NCBI RefSeq assembly: GCF_001194135.2
Contig: NC_069007.1
Coordinates: forward strand, 1,579,729 to 1,643,728
From: Octopus bimaculoides
Taxonomy: Eukaryota
DNA: 64,000 nucleotides
Direction of reading: 5' to 3'
Within the stretch, counting starts at the first letter, position 1, and the number at the start of each line of letters is the position of its first letter. Below the pieces are notes generated by a model. It did no database searches. It worked only from the letters and a program-made list of their open reading frames with translations, and was not told the DNA's origin. Positions 1 to 12,845 of the stretch are shown here, in pieces. The translations under genes and the position numbers were made by a program.

Positions 1-264
1 ATATATATATATATATATATATATACATATCTATATACGTACATATATGTATTTACATATATATAAATATGTGTATATATATAAACACACACATAGTCAA
101 AAACAAGTGACATGTTTCAGCACCCTTTTATTGATGCATTCTAAGATTACACCATTATGCAACATTGTGTTATCATAATGCACCACTACTTCAGGTATTT
201 ACCTTTCGATTACATTACAGGTGATATACCGGAAAAAATCAGTGCCGAGCAAATCGGAGCTTAG

Positions 265-581
265 TGAGTTATGACGACGATTGTTCCAGCTGACCCGATC
301 AATGGAACAGCCTGCTCGTAAAAATGACGCGCAAATGCCTGATTACTCCACAGACACACATACCCTTAATATAATTCTCAGGGGACTCGGTTTGACACAC
401 GGTGTTAGAAGGGTGGTTCTTTCATTTTCAGGTATGATTCATTATTTTGGTTCAGGTGAGCGGATTCGTGCAACAGGAAAGAAAGTCTTTCGCTGAAGGA
501 CAAAGCGTGACTCCAGCAATCGAACCAGTGACCTTATGATCGGGAGCCGATAATCGTAACCACTAAGCTATGCGACTCCAC
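265..581 (-). mobile_element. Degenerate tRNA-derived SINE, family A2 (A-type core, alternative head)
   Basis: Reverse complement aligns to the core GTTGATCGGATCAACTGGAAC..CGTCGT seen at 2710-2750 and to the tRNA-like head of 4008-4075 (…CTTAGTGGTTACG…GGTTCGATTGC). Confidence 0.65.
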
Positions 582-700
582 AAAGATTTGTGTACGTTGT
601 AGCTGATGCGTCGCATAAATATAGCGACACACAAACACACACTCACACATTTGCACATACACGCATAGTTTACACATTTGGCACCCTACCACATGCCCAC

Positions 701-950
701 GGGCATATGGCGTAGTGTGTAAGAGTGCGGGCTGCTAACCTCAAGATTCCGAGTTTGATTCCAGGTAGTGACCTGAATAATAACAATAATAACCCAGGTT
801 CGAAATTTCCCCAAGACACCTGATGAAGACTGGATGGTATATCAACCGAAACGTTGTGTTACCAACAAGCAAGATGAGGACAAATATCCGTCGAATTTAA
901 ATAATGTATATAATGTAAATAATTCCTCATCTCTTAAATATAGAACTGTA
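701..950 (+). mobile_element. tRNA-headed SINE (family D) with hammerhead-like motif in its 3' half
   Basis: A-box-like TGGCGTAGTG (708-717), B-box-like GAGTTTGATTCC (751-762), short (AAT)n, then a 3' part homologous to 63791-63918 (minus strand). Confidence 0.7.
816..859 (+). ncRNA. Minimal type-I hammerhead ribozyme-like motif (degenerate stem II)
   Basis: ACAC-CTGATGA-A-GACTG…CAACC-GAAAC-GTT-GTGT. Stem I is ACAC/GTGT, both core boxes are intact, stem III is the palindrome AACGTT, and stem II has 2 mismatches. Confidence 0.55.
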
Positions 951-1747
951 CTTATGAAGATATTTCTCCACCATTTGTTGAAGTGTTCGTGTGTTGACGT
1001 ATTCTTACACAAACAACGTTAACTATGCAAATACAAGTCATAACAGCGATTGTTAAATCAGAGATTACAAGTGTGTGTTAGGCATGAACCAACCAACAGT
1101 ATCAGACAAGCTATTTGTTAATTTCGAAATAACTAACATAATGAAACAATGTTATGATGATCTTTATATTCTTGCAGCAAATTATGAATACATATAAAAC
1201 GTTGTACTTTATTTTGGCCTGCAGGTCATATAGTGCTGCTGATATCAGATTTTATCAGGAATTAAATTTATCAATGCACGAAAATAAAAAAAAAGAAGCA
1301 CAAAAAATGTTAGATTCGGTAAAAAAAAAAGAACAAAAAACATAATTAAATAACTACATAAAAGTAAATATAGTAAATTTGAAATATTAGCGGAAGATGA
1401 AACATTTTCTGCGATTTGTTTGCTTCTGGTACTTTCTGTTACCGACCTCGACATTATGTAAGGAAAATTAGGTGTATGATAATATATGAAGTGAAATTTG
1501 AAAGGTTTTCCGGTTCAGAAATAATTAGAATATTATATTTATACGTATTCTGCACAAGAATTTAAGAATTATTTATCGTGTTTGAAAAATTTCTTCTTAG
1601 GCGAAAAACTATAATCATTGCTCTTAGCAACACAGCTGTCAAGTGCATTGGTAATTTTTTTCTAATTTATTTACCTGAGAACAGCATGAAATATTCCTCT
1701 ACAATCATTCAACAAATTCTAAATTTGTTATTATTCAAATGATTACT

Positions 1748-1890
1748 GCGGTGAGCTGGCATAATCGCTAGCGAATCGAATAATAGGCTTTTCTTTAATT
1801 AGTTTTTTTAATTATTTTAACGTTCTGAGTTCAAATTTGTGAAGGTCAACTTTGTCTTTCATACATTCGAGTTCCATAAAATAGGTACCA
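1748..1890 (+). mobile_element. Degenerate SINE family B
   Basis: GGTGAGCTGGCATAATCGCTAGC…ACGTTCTGAGTTCAAAT…GTCAACTTTGTCTTTCAT matches 47363-47594 and 63541-63744. Confidence 0.65.
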
Positions 1891-1961
1891 TTTGAATAGT
1901 AGGGTAGACAGAGTTGACGTAAAATTTCCTTGTAAATTAAGAAGACTTTGAAAGCATTGAT

Positions 1962-2016
1962 GTGGCAGAATCGTAAATGCGCCGGTCTGAGTTCAAATTC
2001 CGCTGAGGTCGAATTT
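1962..2016 (+). mobile_element. Internally deleted SINE family B fragment
   Basis: TGGCAGAATCGT joined to CTGAGTTCAAATTCCGCTGAGGTCGA. Confidence 0.5.
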
Positions 2017-2384
2017 ACAATATATCGTTTAAATCATTGGTAAACATGACCGTTAGATGTCACCTGAAGCAATTGGGTGGTCTTAGGATGTCTGTTTAAG
2101 CGTTTCACACCCTTTAGGAGATAAAATTCATCGGATGGAAAGCGACAATAACGTATTCAAATGTAGGAGCGTAGTTGCCTGTGTTTAAGCATCTTATGTT
2201 CAAAGCATTATACGAGACAGAAAATTTCAAGTTCAGCGGTTTTAAAGAGTTCACGAAAGCTGTAGATTCTTGGGAAACGCACGTCAATTAGCATGGGGAA
2301 TCTCCTAAATATAGGAATGGAAGATAAAGCCAAATCAACTTACTTTCTCTGCCTAAGGAACAGAAATACCAAGCGATGAGTGGG

Positions 2385-2769
2385 GGCGCAATGGTCCAGT
2401 GGTTAGGGCAGTGGACTCGCGGTCATAGGATCGCGGTTTCGATTCCCAGACCGGGCATTGTGAGTGTTTATTGAGCGAAAACACCTAAAGCTCCACAAGG
2501 CTCCAGCAGGGGATGGTGGCGAACCCTGCTGTACTCTTTCACCACTTTCTTTCACTCGTACATCCTGTTTCTGTTGTGCCTGTATTTCAAAGGGGCCAGC
2601 CTTGTTATACTCTGTGTCACGCTGAATATCCCCGAGAACTACGTTAAGGGTACACGTGTCTGTGGAGTGCTCAGCCACTTGCACGTTAATTTCACGAGCA
2701 GGCTGTTCCGTTGATCGGATCAATTGGAACCCTCGACGTCGTAAGCGACGGAGTGCCAACACAACAAAC
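2385..2769 (+). mobile_element. Full-length tRNA-derived SINE family A
   Basis: tRNA-like head GGCGCAATGGTCCAGTGGTTAGGGCAG…GGTTTCGATTCCC, central core CCCGAGAACTACGTTAAGGGTACACGTGTCTGTGG, CAA-type tail. Closely matches 29862-30251 (minus strand). Confidence 0.85.
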
Positions 2770-3577
2770 ATTATGCATGTATATATATATATATATATAT
2801 ATATATNNNNNNNNNNNNNNNNNNNNNNNNNNNNNNNNNNNNNNNNNNNNNNNNNNNNNNNNNNNNNNNNNNNNNNNNNNNNNNNNNNNNNNNNNNNNNN
2901 NNNNNNNNNNNNNNNNNNNNNNNNNNNNNNNNNNNNNNNNNNNNNNNNNNNNNNNNNNNNNNNNNNNNNNNNNNNNNNNNNNNNNNNNNNNNNNNNNNNN
3001 NNNNNNNNNNNNNNNNNNNNNNNNNNNNNNNNNNNNNNNNNNNNNNNNNNNNNNNNNNNNNNNNNNNNNNNNNNNNNNNNNNNNNNNNNNNNNNNNNNNN
3101 NNNNNNNNNNNNNNNNNNNNNNNNNNNNNNNNNNNNNNNNNNNNNNNNNNNNNNNNNNNNNNNNNNNNNNNNNNNNNNNNNNNNNNNNNNNNNNNNNNNN
3201 NNNNNNNNNNNNNNNNNNNNNNNNNNNNNNNNNNNNNNNNNNNNNNNNNNNNNNNNNNNNNNNNNNNNNNNNNNNNNNNNNNNNNNNNNNNNNNNNNNNN
3301 NNNNNNNNNNNNNNNNNNNNNNNNNNNNNNNNNNNNNNNNNNNNNNNNNNNNNNNNNNNNNNNNNNNNNNNNNNNNNNNNNNNNNNNNNNNNNNNNNNNN
3401 NNNNNNNNNNNNNNNNNNNNNNNNNNNNNNNNNNNNNNNNNNNNNNNNNNNNNNNNNNNNNNNNNNNNNNNNNNNNNNNNNNNNNNNNNNNNNNACGTAT
3501 ATGTGCGTCTGTCTAAGTATGTATACGTATACATGCATGCATATGCTGCCTGTGCGTACATGAGTGCATGTAGGATT

Positions 3578-3639
<62 letters not shown>

Positions 3640-3900
3640 TCATATGTTTCTATGGTGTCTGTATGCCTGTGTAGTGCGTACCATGTTCAATATAGCTTAA
3701 ACATTGTTTTACTTGTCCGAATGCGTCGTGGTTCAACACGCTAAAGAAACGATCTGTTACGAAACGAATCAATGTTTGTACAGCTTTGCTCTTGTTGTTA
3801 AACTCCGATCTCTGCAAAACAAAACCTATCCCCGCTCGTTCCGTTGCACTCCCGTCGAACTTTGAAAAGCGCCCAAAGAAATGTTCTAAATGCAATACAA

Positions 3901-3968
3901 GAGTGCAGGCGTGGCCATGAGTTAACAAGTCTTCTTCCCAACCACACGGTTCCACTTTCAGTTTCCAC
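3901..3968 (+). mobile_element. 5' fragment of SINE family C
   Basis: GCAGGCGTGGC…TTCCCAACCACACGGTTCC…TTCAGT matches the heads at 16066 and 42763. Confidence 0.5.
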
Positions 3969-4007
3969 TTACCAACTTGCCCAACGTGCAACGCGGTGGG
4001 ACTGAAC

Positions 4008-4333
4008 GTGGAACGCGGCTTAGCTGTTAGGGTATTCGGCTCAGAATCATAACATCGTGAGTTCGATTCCTGGCAGTGCATCATGTCCTCGAGCAAGACA
4101 CTTTATTTCACGTTGCTGTAGTTCACTCAGGTGGCAAAACGAGTTGTACCTCTAAATGCGAGGGGCCAGGTTTGTCACATTCTGTATCCCACTCAATTTT
4201 CCCGAGAACTACGTTAAGGGCACGTGTTTCTGTGGTAAGCTTAGCCACTTGCAAGTTCATTTCACACCACAAGCTATTCTGTTGATCGGATCAACTGAAA
4301 AAAAAATCATCGTCGTAACTGACAGAGGACCAG
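4008..4333 (+). mobile_element. tRNA-derived SINE family A2
   Basis: Head with GAGTTCGATTCC B-box and TCCTCGAGCAAGACACTT segment, then the same CCCGAGAACTACGTTAAGGG…GTTGATCGGATCAACTG core as family A. Confidence 0.75.
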
Positions 4334-5620
4334 TTTGTGCATTGAGAGACATTACGTTGCTTTTTCCATTAGACACGGAGTGAAGGCAGCTGGGTTTCTT
4401 TTCTTTATTGATAGGTAAACGGATCGGCATGAACGTGTGCGCCTAGATATGTGTGGTTATACGTGCGCATTTTAGAATGCGTCTCTGCTAGCATTCGTGT
4501 GTGTGTGTGTGTGTGTGTCCTTATATCTGTGTGATTATGCTAATGTCCGAGTGTGGTTTTAACCAAAACAATCTGGATATTGGCAATAGAAACGCATATA
4601 ATGGATACGTTGGCAATAGAAGAAATGGAAGATGGCTTGTCCTGATAATGAGGTTTAGTAGGTGTGAGATTTGTGGAGTGAAATCTGAGGGAAGCAGTCA
4701 CTACCTCACCCCACCTCACCCTATAAGGGTCGACAACTAAGTTGGCCTACAAATGCATAAATATAGACACATACACATGTATCCATACATACGTACATAC
4801 GTACTTCTACGTATGCATGAGTGTGTGTGGGAGGCAGGCTTGGTGAGTGGGGAGCTAAAACATTAATTAATGTTTTCTGCTGGAAGGGAGACACTTGGGG
4901 AATATAGGAAGGAGAATGAAGAAAGATATCATAAGCACGAATGAGAAGGAGGAGGAGGGGGAGGAGGAGAGGGGAGGGNNNNNNNNNNNNNNNNNNNNNN
5001 NNNNNNNNNNNNNNNNNNNNNNNNNNNNNNNNNNNNNNNNNNNNNNNNNNNNNNNNNNNNNNNNNNNNNNNNNNNNNNNNNNNNNNNNNNNNNNNNNNNN
5101 NNNNNNNNNNNNNNNNNNNNNNNNNNNNNNNNNNNNNNNNNNNNNNNNNNNNNNNNNNNNNNNNNNNNNNNNNNNNNNNNNNNNNNNNNNNNNNNNNNNN
5201 NNNNNNNNNNNNNNNNNNNNNNNNNNNNNNNNNNNNNNNNNNNNNNNNNNNNNNNNNNNNNNNNNNNNNNNNNNNNNNNNNNNNNNNNNNNNNNNNNNNN
5301 NNNNNNNNNNNNNNNNNNNNNNNNNNNNNNNNNNNNNNNNNNNNNNNNNNNNNNNNNNNNNNNNNNNNNNNNNNNNNNNNNNNNNNNNNNNNNNNNNNNN
5401 NNNNNNNNNNNNNNNNNNNNNNNNNNNNNNNNNNNNNNNNNNNNNNNNNNNNNNNNNNNNNNNNNNNNNNNNNNNNNNNNNNNNNNNNNNNNNNNNNNNN
5501 NNNNNNNNNNNNNNNNNNNNNNNNNNNNNNNNNNNNNNNNNNNNNNNNNNNNNNGAGGGGAAGAAGAAAAAAATGAAGTCAAAGGAGGATGAAGGAGGAG
5601 GGAGAGAAGAAAGACGAAGC

Positions 5621-5700
5621 AGAAGAAGAAGAAGAAGAAGAAGGAGGAGAAGAAGAAGAAGAAGAAGAAGAAGAAGAAGAAGAAGAAGAAGAAGAAGAAG

Positions 5701-5730
<30 letters not shown>
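5621..5730. repeat. (GAA)n microsatellite
   Basis: Direct reading. Confidence 0.95.
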
Positions 5731-5731
<1 letters not shown>

Positions 5732-5818
5732 GAAATGAGAGGAGGAAGTATGGCAGAAGCGAAACAAAATGTATGGGAAGAAAGACTAAGCAGGAATGAG
5801 TGTAAGCAAGACGGGGTG

Positions 5819-5881
5819 CGTGGTGGTGGTGGTGGTGGTGATGGTGGTGGTGGTGGTGGTGGTGGTGATGGTGGTGGTGGT
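5819..5881. repeat. (GGT)n microsatellite
   Basis: Direct reading. Confidence 0.95.
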
Positions 5882-6354
5882 AATATTGGTGTTGTTGATG
5901 ACGATGGTGATGATGATGACGATGATGCTGTTGTCGGTGTTTTCAATGACTTCGTGGTTGGGGACGTGACGGGTGAGTGGGTTCGGCCTACTGGTAATAA
6001 TCTTAGGGATTAGCAATATCTTACAGTTTTGGACAATGGAATTAAATGAAGATTTCTCTTTGGAAGTGGCCTGCGTGAAGAAAAAGAATGATAACGGAAG
6101 AATGTCGTCGAGGTGAAAGATGTGGGGAGCGACGGTGGGAGCGAGCGATGGGGAAGAAGGCAGCATTTCCCATTAGCGCCAAGAGTCAATAGAGAAGATT
6201 AACCATAATATTCCGTTAGATGTTTGGTAAAGGAAAACTAGAAAGAAATAGAAACGCGTGTGCAATTCAATCGTGTATCCATATTAGGTTATTGACCAAT
6301 AAACCATTAATTGCTGTACAAGGTTTCAATCCAATAAATGCCACCACAGAATGG

Positions 6355-7284
6355 CTGTATATATATATATATATATATATACAGCCACATATACGCAAAT
6401 AAATGAATGTATATATGTATATATATATATATATATACATTCATGTATTTGCGTATATGTGTGAATGCATGCGATTATGTGTATGTGCGTAAATGTATAT
6501 ATATATATATATGTATGGTTTATACATTTCTGTATAGGTGTTTGAATAAATATATACATGATTAGGTATGAATGTATGCATTCATATATATATATGTGTT
6601 CATATGTGCGTGCGCGCATATATATGCTTTCAGATATTTGCATATATATGTGAGTGTATATGCGTTTTCTCATATATGTATACGTATGGGCATGAATACA
6701 TATGTCACTATACATATATTAGCATGTGTGTGTGAATATCAAGGAATGTAGTCACATATTTGCGTATATATGTGTAAATGTGCATGTTTGCCTTCATTTG
6801 TTTGCGTATATGTGTATGTATATGCATGTGTTCGTGTAGATCTGTATGCATCCGTATATATGTGTATGCATTCATATGTTTACCTCTATGTGTGTGAATA
6901 TAAATGTAAGTTTTGAAATATATGTGTATATGCGTGCGAACGTATAAGAATGTATTCATATGTATGTGTTTCTTTGTGTGAATAAATATGTGAGCATATG
7001 TATATATAACAGCAGGAACATACAACTGTACAGACATATATAATTATACATACTTGCGTGAGGGGGGCGTGGGGCGTGGGGCGTGGGCGAGTATGCGTAT
7101 TTCTGTATGCGCATGCGTGTTGCACAATGTAATATAAATATTATATAACTCAGATCTATAAATGCATATGTATATCGATTGTATCAATCAATCAATCAAT
7201 CAATCAATCAGGCGAGCTACCTCTCTCTCACACTGCCTCTCTTTCTGTATACATAAATACATACTTACACACACACACACACAT

Positions 7285-7341
<57 letters not shown>

Positions 7342-7718
7342 TATACATACATATACATACACACATACATACAATTACATATAAAACATAAACAGATGCG
7401 TAGACACACTCACACTCACACACTCACACCCGTGTTTAGACACACGCACACTAGCATATATAGCCATTCTTACAGATGAACGCATAGAAGTGTAATTACA
7501 CACACACACACACAAATATATATATATGTATGTATATATGTATATATGTATATGTGGGTATACGTAAGCTAGTGTACATATGTGTATGTATATATATATA
7601 TGTATTCAATCGCTGCTGTGTTTCTTTCCGTGTATTCACAGGTGTAATTGTTTTTGTACGTGTGTGTATACATGCATTTATATATATATATGTGTGTGTG
7701 TGTGCGTGCGTGTGTGTA

Positions 7719-7754
<36 letters not shown>

Positions 7755-7755
7755 G
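6355..7755. repeat. Compound TA/CA/TG microsatellite field
   Basis: Direct reading. It is the source of many spurious Y/I/H/T/C/V ORFs. Confidence 0.9.
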
Positions 7756-7821
7756 TGACGCAAGCCTTCTGGCAGATACACAAACCGATGCATAAGAAGC
7801 ACATTAATCGAAAGAAAAGTG

Positions 7822-7987
7822 GAAGAAGAAGAAGAAGAAGTAGAAGAAGAAGAAGAAGAAGAAGAAGAAGAAGAAGAAGAAGAAGAAGAAGAAGAAGAAG
7901 AAAAAGAAGAAGAAGAAGAAGAAGAAGAAGAAGAAGAAGAAGAAGAAGAAGAAGAAGAAGAAGAAGAAGAAGAAAAAGAAGAAGAAT
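7822..7987. repeat. (GAA)n microsatellite
   Basis: Direct reading. Confidence 0.95.
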
Positions 7988-8697
7988 TAAGAACATATGA
8001 ATGGTTATTACTGCTGATCTAATCAAAGATGAAGATATTTAAGTTCCAAAGGCAGTAGAAAGATGAAAAAGTTTTTCTTTGAGCGAAGGTAGAGAAATCC
8101 GCCGAAAGCTGAATGCTGGTTATTGTGCGTCCAATCAAACTTTGATAATGAGATGACATTAGAATGGGTTTCACTGAAATAAACTTCTGAACCTGGATGA
8201 CGATATATCAGACAAGAAGACAGTCCGATGCTGCACGAGAAATATAATCATTACGAATCTGGTTTGAATCAGCCACGATAAATTACTTATTTATCGGAAT
8301 TTTCTTCCTTTAAGCAGTTTCTTTTCACACATGAATCTGTGTTAAATTTGCGTTTCATCAAATATTCTTTGAAAATATAGTGCTCTGCTCAAATACACCC
8401 AGAAATGGACAGAGAGGGACACATGCGCACACATAAACAAGATCTCACAATCACTTTATTGCATGTATGTATATATACATAAGTATGTGTGTGTGTGTGG
8501 GTGTGTACAATTATATAAATAGGCGCGTACACATCAGCATGTATATGTAATGCGTGTGGGAGTATAATATATAGATATACATATGAGTGTGTGTATGGAA
8601 GTATTTATATAAATATATGTATACATAGATGTACATATCTATCTATATTTATCTAGCTCTGTTCACATATATCTACACACACACACACATATATATA

Positions 8698-8759
<62 letters not shown>

Positions 8760-9471
8760 CATAGACACACGCGCATTCACATACATATGTATGTATATAT
8801 GTATACTTTGAGTCAGTATATGTGCATTTACACATTAAGATTTAACGTCAGTTATTGAATCATTCTCCTAGATAAACTAAAATTGCAGTGTTTAGGTGAT
8901 GAGAATTTATTTGCTATAAAGCATCCGATATCTATTTAAGCACCCCGACATTTATTCCCCTCAGTGGAGCACACAGAATGTATCTTTCACTACTTTAAGA
9001 GACATTTATTTTTCTTCATGGATACATAAAGCGACCTCTACTTTCGTTTTCCAATTTCTGCTCTATTTACATTTTCACCAGTTATAAAGCAAACAACGGG
9101 CACAAATTGTTTAACTAAAACAAAGCGTTGTTTTTAGTTCAGCGGCAGTTGACCGAGTGGATATTCAGAGGACCACGAATATTGCGCCGCGAGGCCAAAT
9201 CTACTACAAGTTGCAAACTTTCTTTGTTCCATAGCTGTTGATTATCTACAACCTTTGTTGAAATTCTATTGACTTAAACCCATGGCATCGGCTACATTCC
9301 GAATTGCTATGAGCTATCGTCGTTCAAATATCAATTTTATATAGAATTAAAAGGGCACGTCTTTCATTCATTTGAGCTGGAATAAAAGTTGAGGCGCTTG
9401 ATTTGTATGTGCGTGTGTGTGAGTGTGTATGTGTATGTATGTGTATGTGTTTCTTTGTGTATATCTATCTA

Positions 9472-9549
<78 letters not shown>

Positions 9550-9585
9550 TATATGTATGTGTAAATATGTGTTCATTTATTCTTT

Positions 9586-9661
9586 TATTATTTTATTCGT
9601 TCAATCATTTGACTGTGGATCACCGCCTTTAGTCGAACAAATCGACCCCAGGACTTATTAT
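9586..9661 (-). mobile_element. 3' end of SINE family C
   Basis: Reverse complement reads AATAAGTCCTGGGGTCGATTTGTTCGACTAAAGGCGGTGATCCACAGTCAAATGA…AAAAGAAT, homologous to 14435-14510. Confidence 0.55.
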
Positions 9662-10319
9662 TCATTGATCAATCGTATCCTGTTTTCAGGCTAAAACGAT
9701 TACAATGTGCTGTTGATGAGGTGGGCTTGGATTTTACTCCTATTGTATTTATATTTATAGTGACATTTCAACGATTGGTGCGAGCCATTGTATATTTTGC
9801 TTTAAAAGGTTCTTCCTTATGTGTACGTCTTTTCTCTGCCAAGAATATATTAGTTTCAAATAAGGAAATTTGCGTGGAAGGTACGTGTTTATAGAGATAA
9901 TACTTAACGTTATTATTGCATTGTAATCTCTCTATTTATAAGTCTTTTCGTGTATAATTACCACACAATGTATGACTAATATATGTATATGCGTGCGTGT
10001 GTGTGTGAGGAAGAGAGATAGAAAGAGAGAAAGTGAAGAAGAGTGTATGTGCGTCTTTTTGCATTCATATAAATTCACGCACAGGTACACGCGCAGTCTC
10101 AAATATAGGTTGATAGATAGAGACACACAGTAAGACAAACAGACAGACAGACAGACATACAGACAGACAAACGGACAGACAGACAAACAGAGAGACAGAC
10201 AAACATACAGATAGATAAATAGATAAACTTCATAGCACAATCGCTGCTACCACTATTACCGGCGCCAACATAGCTGTCACTGTCAAAAACACAACTACAA
10301 TTAATATCACGGCTATCAT

Positions 10320-10538
10320 CAGCCATTACTCCTACCACAAACGGCAGCCATTACTCCTACCACAAACGGCAGCCATTATTCCTACCACAAACGGCAGCCA
10401 TTATTCCTACTACAAACGGCAGCCATTATTCCTACCACAAACGGCAGCCATTACTCCTACCACAAACGGCAGCCATTACTCCTACCACAAACGGCAGCCA
10501 TTACTCCTACCACAAACCGCAGCCATTACTCCTACCAC
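10320..10538. repeat. 25-bp minisatellite, about 8.8 copies
   Basis: Unit CAGCCATTACTCCTACCACAAACGG repeats in exact 25-bp register with 0-2 substitutions per unit. Confidence 0.95.
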
Positions 10539-12171
10539 CATACATCGTCTCTATGGTCCCCACCACCGGCAACAATTACTAACGCAATACTCAAAAGGCA
10601 CTAGTAGATGATTGTGAAACAAACATTTGAAGAAACATTTCCCTTTGTTTCGTCTAAGTTATGGACCTCAACAGCAGTGCTCCACGATCTTTTTCGACTC
10701 GCAGTACACTTGTGTTCTTTTCCAAGTTAGGCGGCACACCTCAACTAAAACAATAACTAAAAGTATCTTTTCAGGTTAGACTGAAACATGCCTAGTGTCG
10801 TCTCGTTGTACACGAATGTCCCGCGGCATACTCCATGCATAGCTCTGCATCTCTACTCTAATTGATAGAAACAGCTGCTAAATTTCTTCATATCGTACAC
10901 GACTAGTTTGAAAATGGAGGATAGATTTATTTTAAATTCTTCGTTAACCAAAATGGTCATCCATACAACATCTTGAATACATGTCTCCCCGATTGGTTGT
11001 GTCATCTATAATAGTTGTTTTGCTTCTTTTACAAGAATTTACGTGGATTTGTCCCGCAAGCCACTATCAAACCTATGTTTAGGATCAGGGGAAATGACTT
11101 TAGTACCACCATTTTTTAAATGTAAATCCATATTTAATATACTAAATAAAATATAATAATAAAATAACTGAAGAAATATTTGAATGAAATAGAACGTTTT
11201 AACTGGGTTTATAGAGTAACATCAACAACAATTATATTTGAAACAATAAGACAACAGCCTAAGTTATTGAATTGTATCAACGCCTGAAATCTATGAAAGA
11301 CTAAATGGACAGAACTAATTCAGAAAGAATTATTTTAACTACGGCACAGTGTATGTGACAAAATAGACACTGCTACATTCGCTTAGCTTTTCAAAATCTA
11401 TTGGGCATTTGTTAAGATTTTCAAAATGAAATAAACATTGCTAACAGTAACTTTGAAACGTCCATAATATCAATTGTTTTGTAGCTCGAACGTGTTTTAA
11501 CAAATGCAAATGGAGTCCGAGATAAGATGGTGGCGACTTGAAAAGAAATTGGGATAAACTATGAAGGTATTGAAATGTATTGGATGGAAAATATTTGCGT
11601 CGTCATCATGATATGAAGATATTGCTGTATAAACTCTACATCGAATTGTATGTAAATAAAGGAGACATTGATACGATACACCACATCGACAGGAATAACA
11701 TGCTGCATTGAAACAAACGTAGTCTGGAACCTGCTACCTGTCAGAGGAAGTCGTACTAAAACAAGCTGACAAATCATGCACAGAGCCAAAAGTGGATTCT
11801 TCTACAATGAAATCTTCTTTACATCTTATGTTCCCACTTGCGTATCGGATATTTGGAAAACAATAAAACAAACATAGAAAAATAACAAAAACCTAATGTA
11901 TTACACAATATCTCTTTTTCCCCCCTTTCACTGTCTCCCTCCCATCTTTGTTTTCCTCCCTTTCTCTCTTGTCTTTATGCCTCTTTGAAATATTAGCATA
12001 ACGGGAAGTACAGACAGCAGACATTAAAGCCATTAACAATAAATAATGGTCGGAATGTTTCGACGGATTGGAATGAAATTTAAATAGAAATGTATGTATA
12101 CATTTTCAGTCTGCGAGGTCTCATTACATGCCAGCGATGCATTATTAGCACAATTGTTACCGACACTACAT

Positions 12172-12178
12172 CTACTAC

Positions 12179-12226
<48 letters not shown>

Positions 12227-12259
12227 CATTATTATTGTTGTTGTTATTATTATTATTAC

Positions 12260-12305
<46 letters not shown>

Positions 12306-12343
12306 CATTATTATTATTGTTGTTGTTATTATTATTATTATTA

Positions 12344-12394
<51 letters not shown>

Positions 12395-12447
12395 CATTAT
12401 TATTGTTGTTATTATTATTATTATTTTTATTATTATTATTATTATTA

Positions 12448-12499
<52 letters not shown>

Positions 12500-12542
12500 C
12501 ATTATTATTGTTGTTGTTATTATTATTATTATTTTTTTATTA

Positions 12543-12574
<32 letters not shown>

Positions 12575-12789
12575 GTTGTTGTGGATTTTATTGTTGTTGT
12601 TATTGCCATTATCATGATCATCATGACCATCATCATCATCATCATCATCATCGCTATTATTGCTCTTGTTATTACCATCGTCATCAATGTTATTATTTCC
12701 ATTATTTCATCATCATCATCACCAGCATAATCATCATCATCATTATCATCCACGTCATCATCACCACCACCACCATAACCACCACCATA

Positions 12790-12845
<56 letters not shown>

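Noticed and set aside
701-770. Functional tRNA genes (also the heads at 2385 and 4008)
   Set aside because: A/B boxes are present, but no complete cloverleaf with acceptor stem. Each continues into SINE body sequence.
2656-5946. Long ORFs of 200-370 aa
   Set aside because: They run through N-gaps and microsatellites. The same applies to the ORFs at 44046-44835, 49806-50576 and 59026-60313.
10320-10538. CRISPR-like array
   Set aside because: Units are directly abutting with no unique spacers, and the context is eukaryotic.
11490-11860. Coding-looking sequence
   Set aside because: Stops interrupt the plausible frames and I recognise no motif. It may be a decayed transposon, but I cannot assign it.
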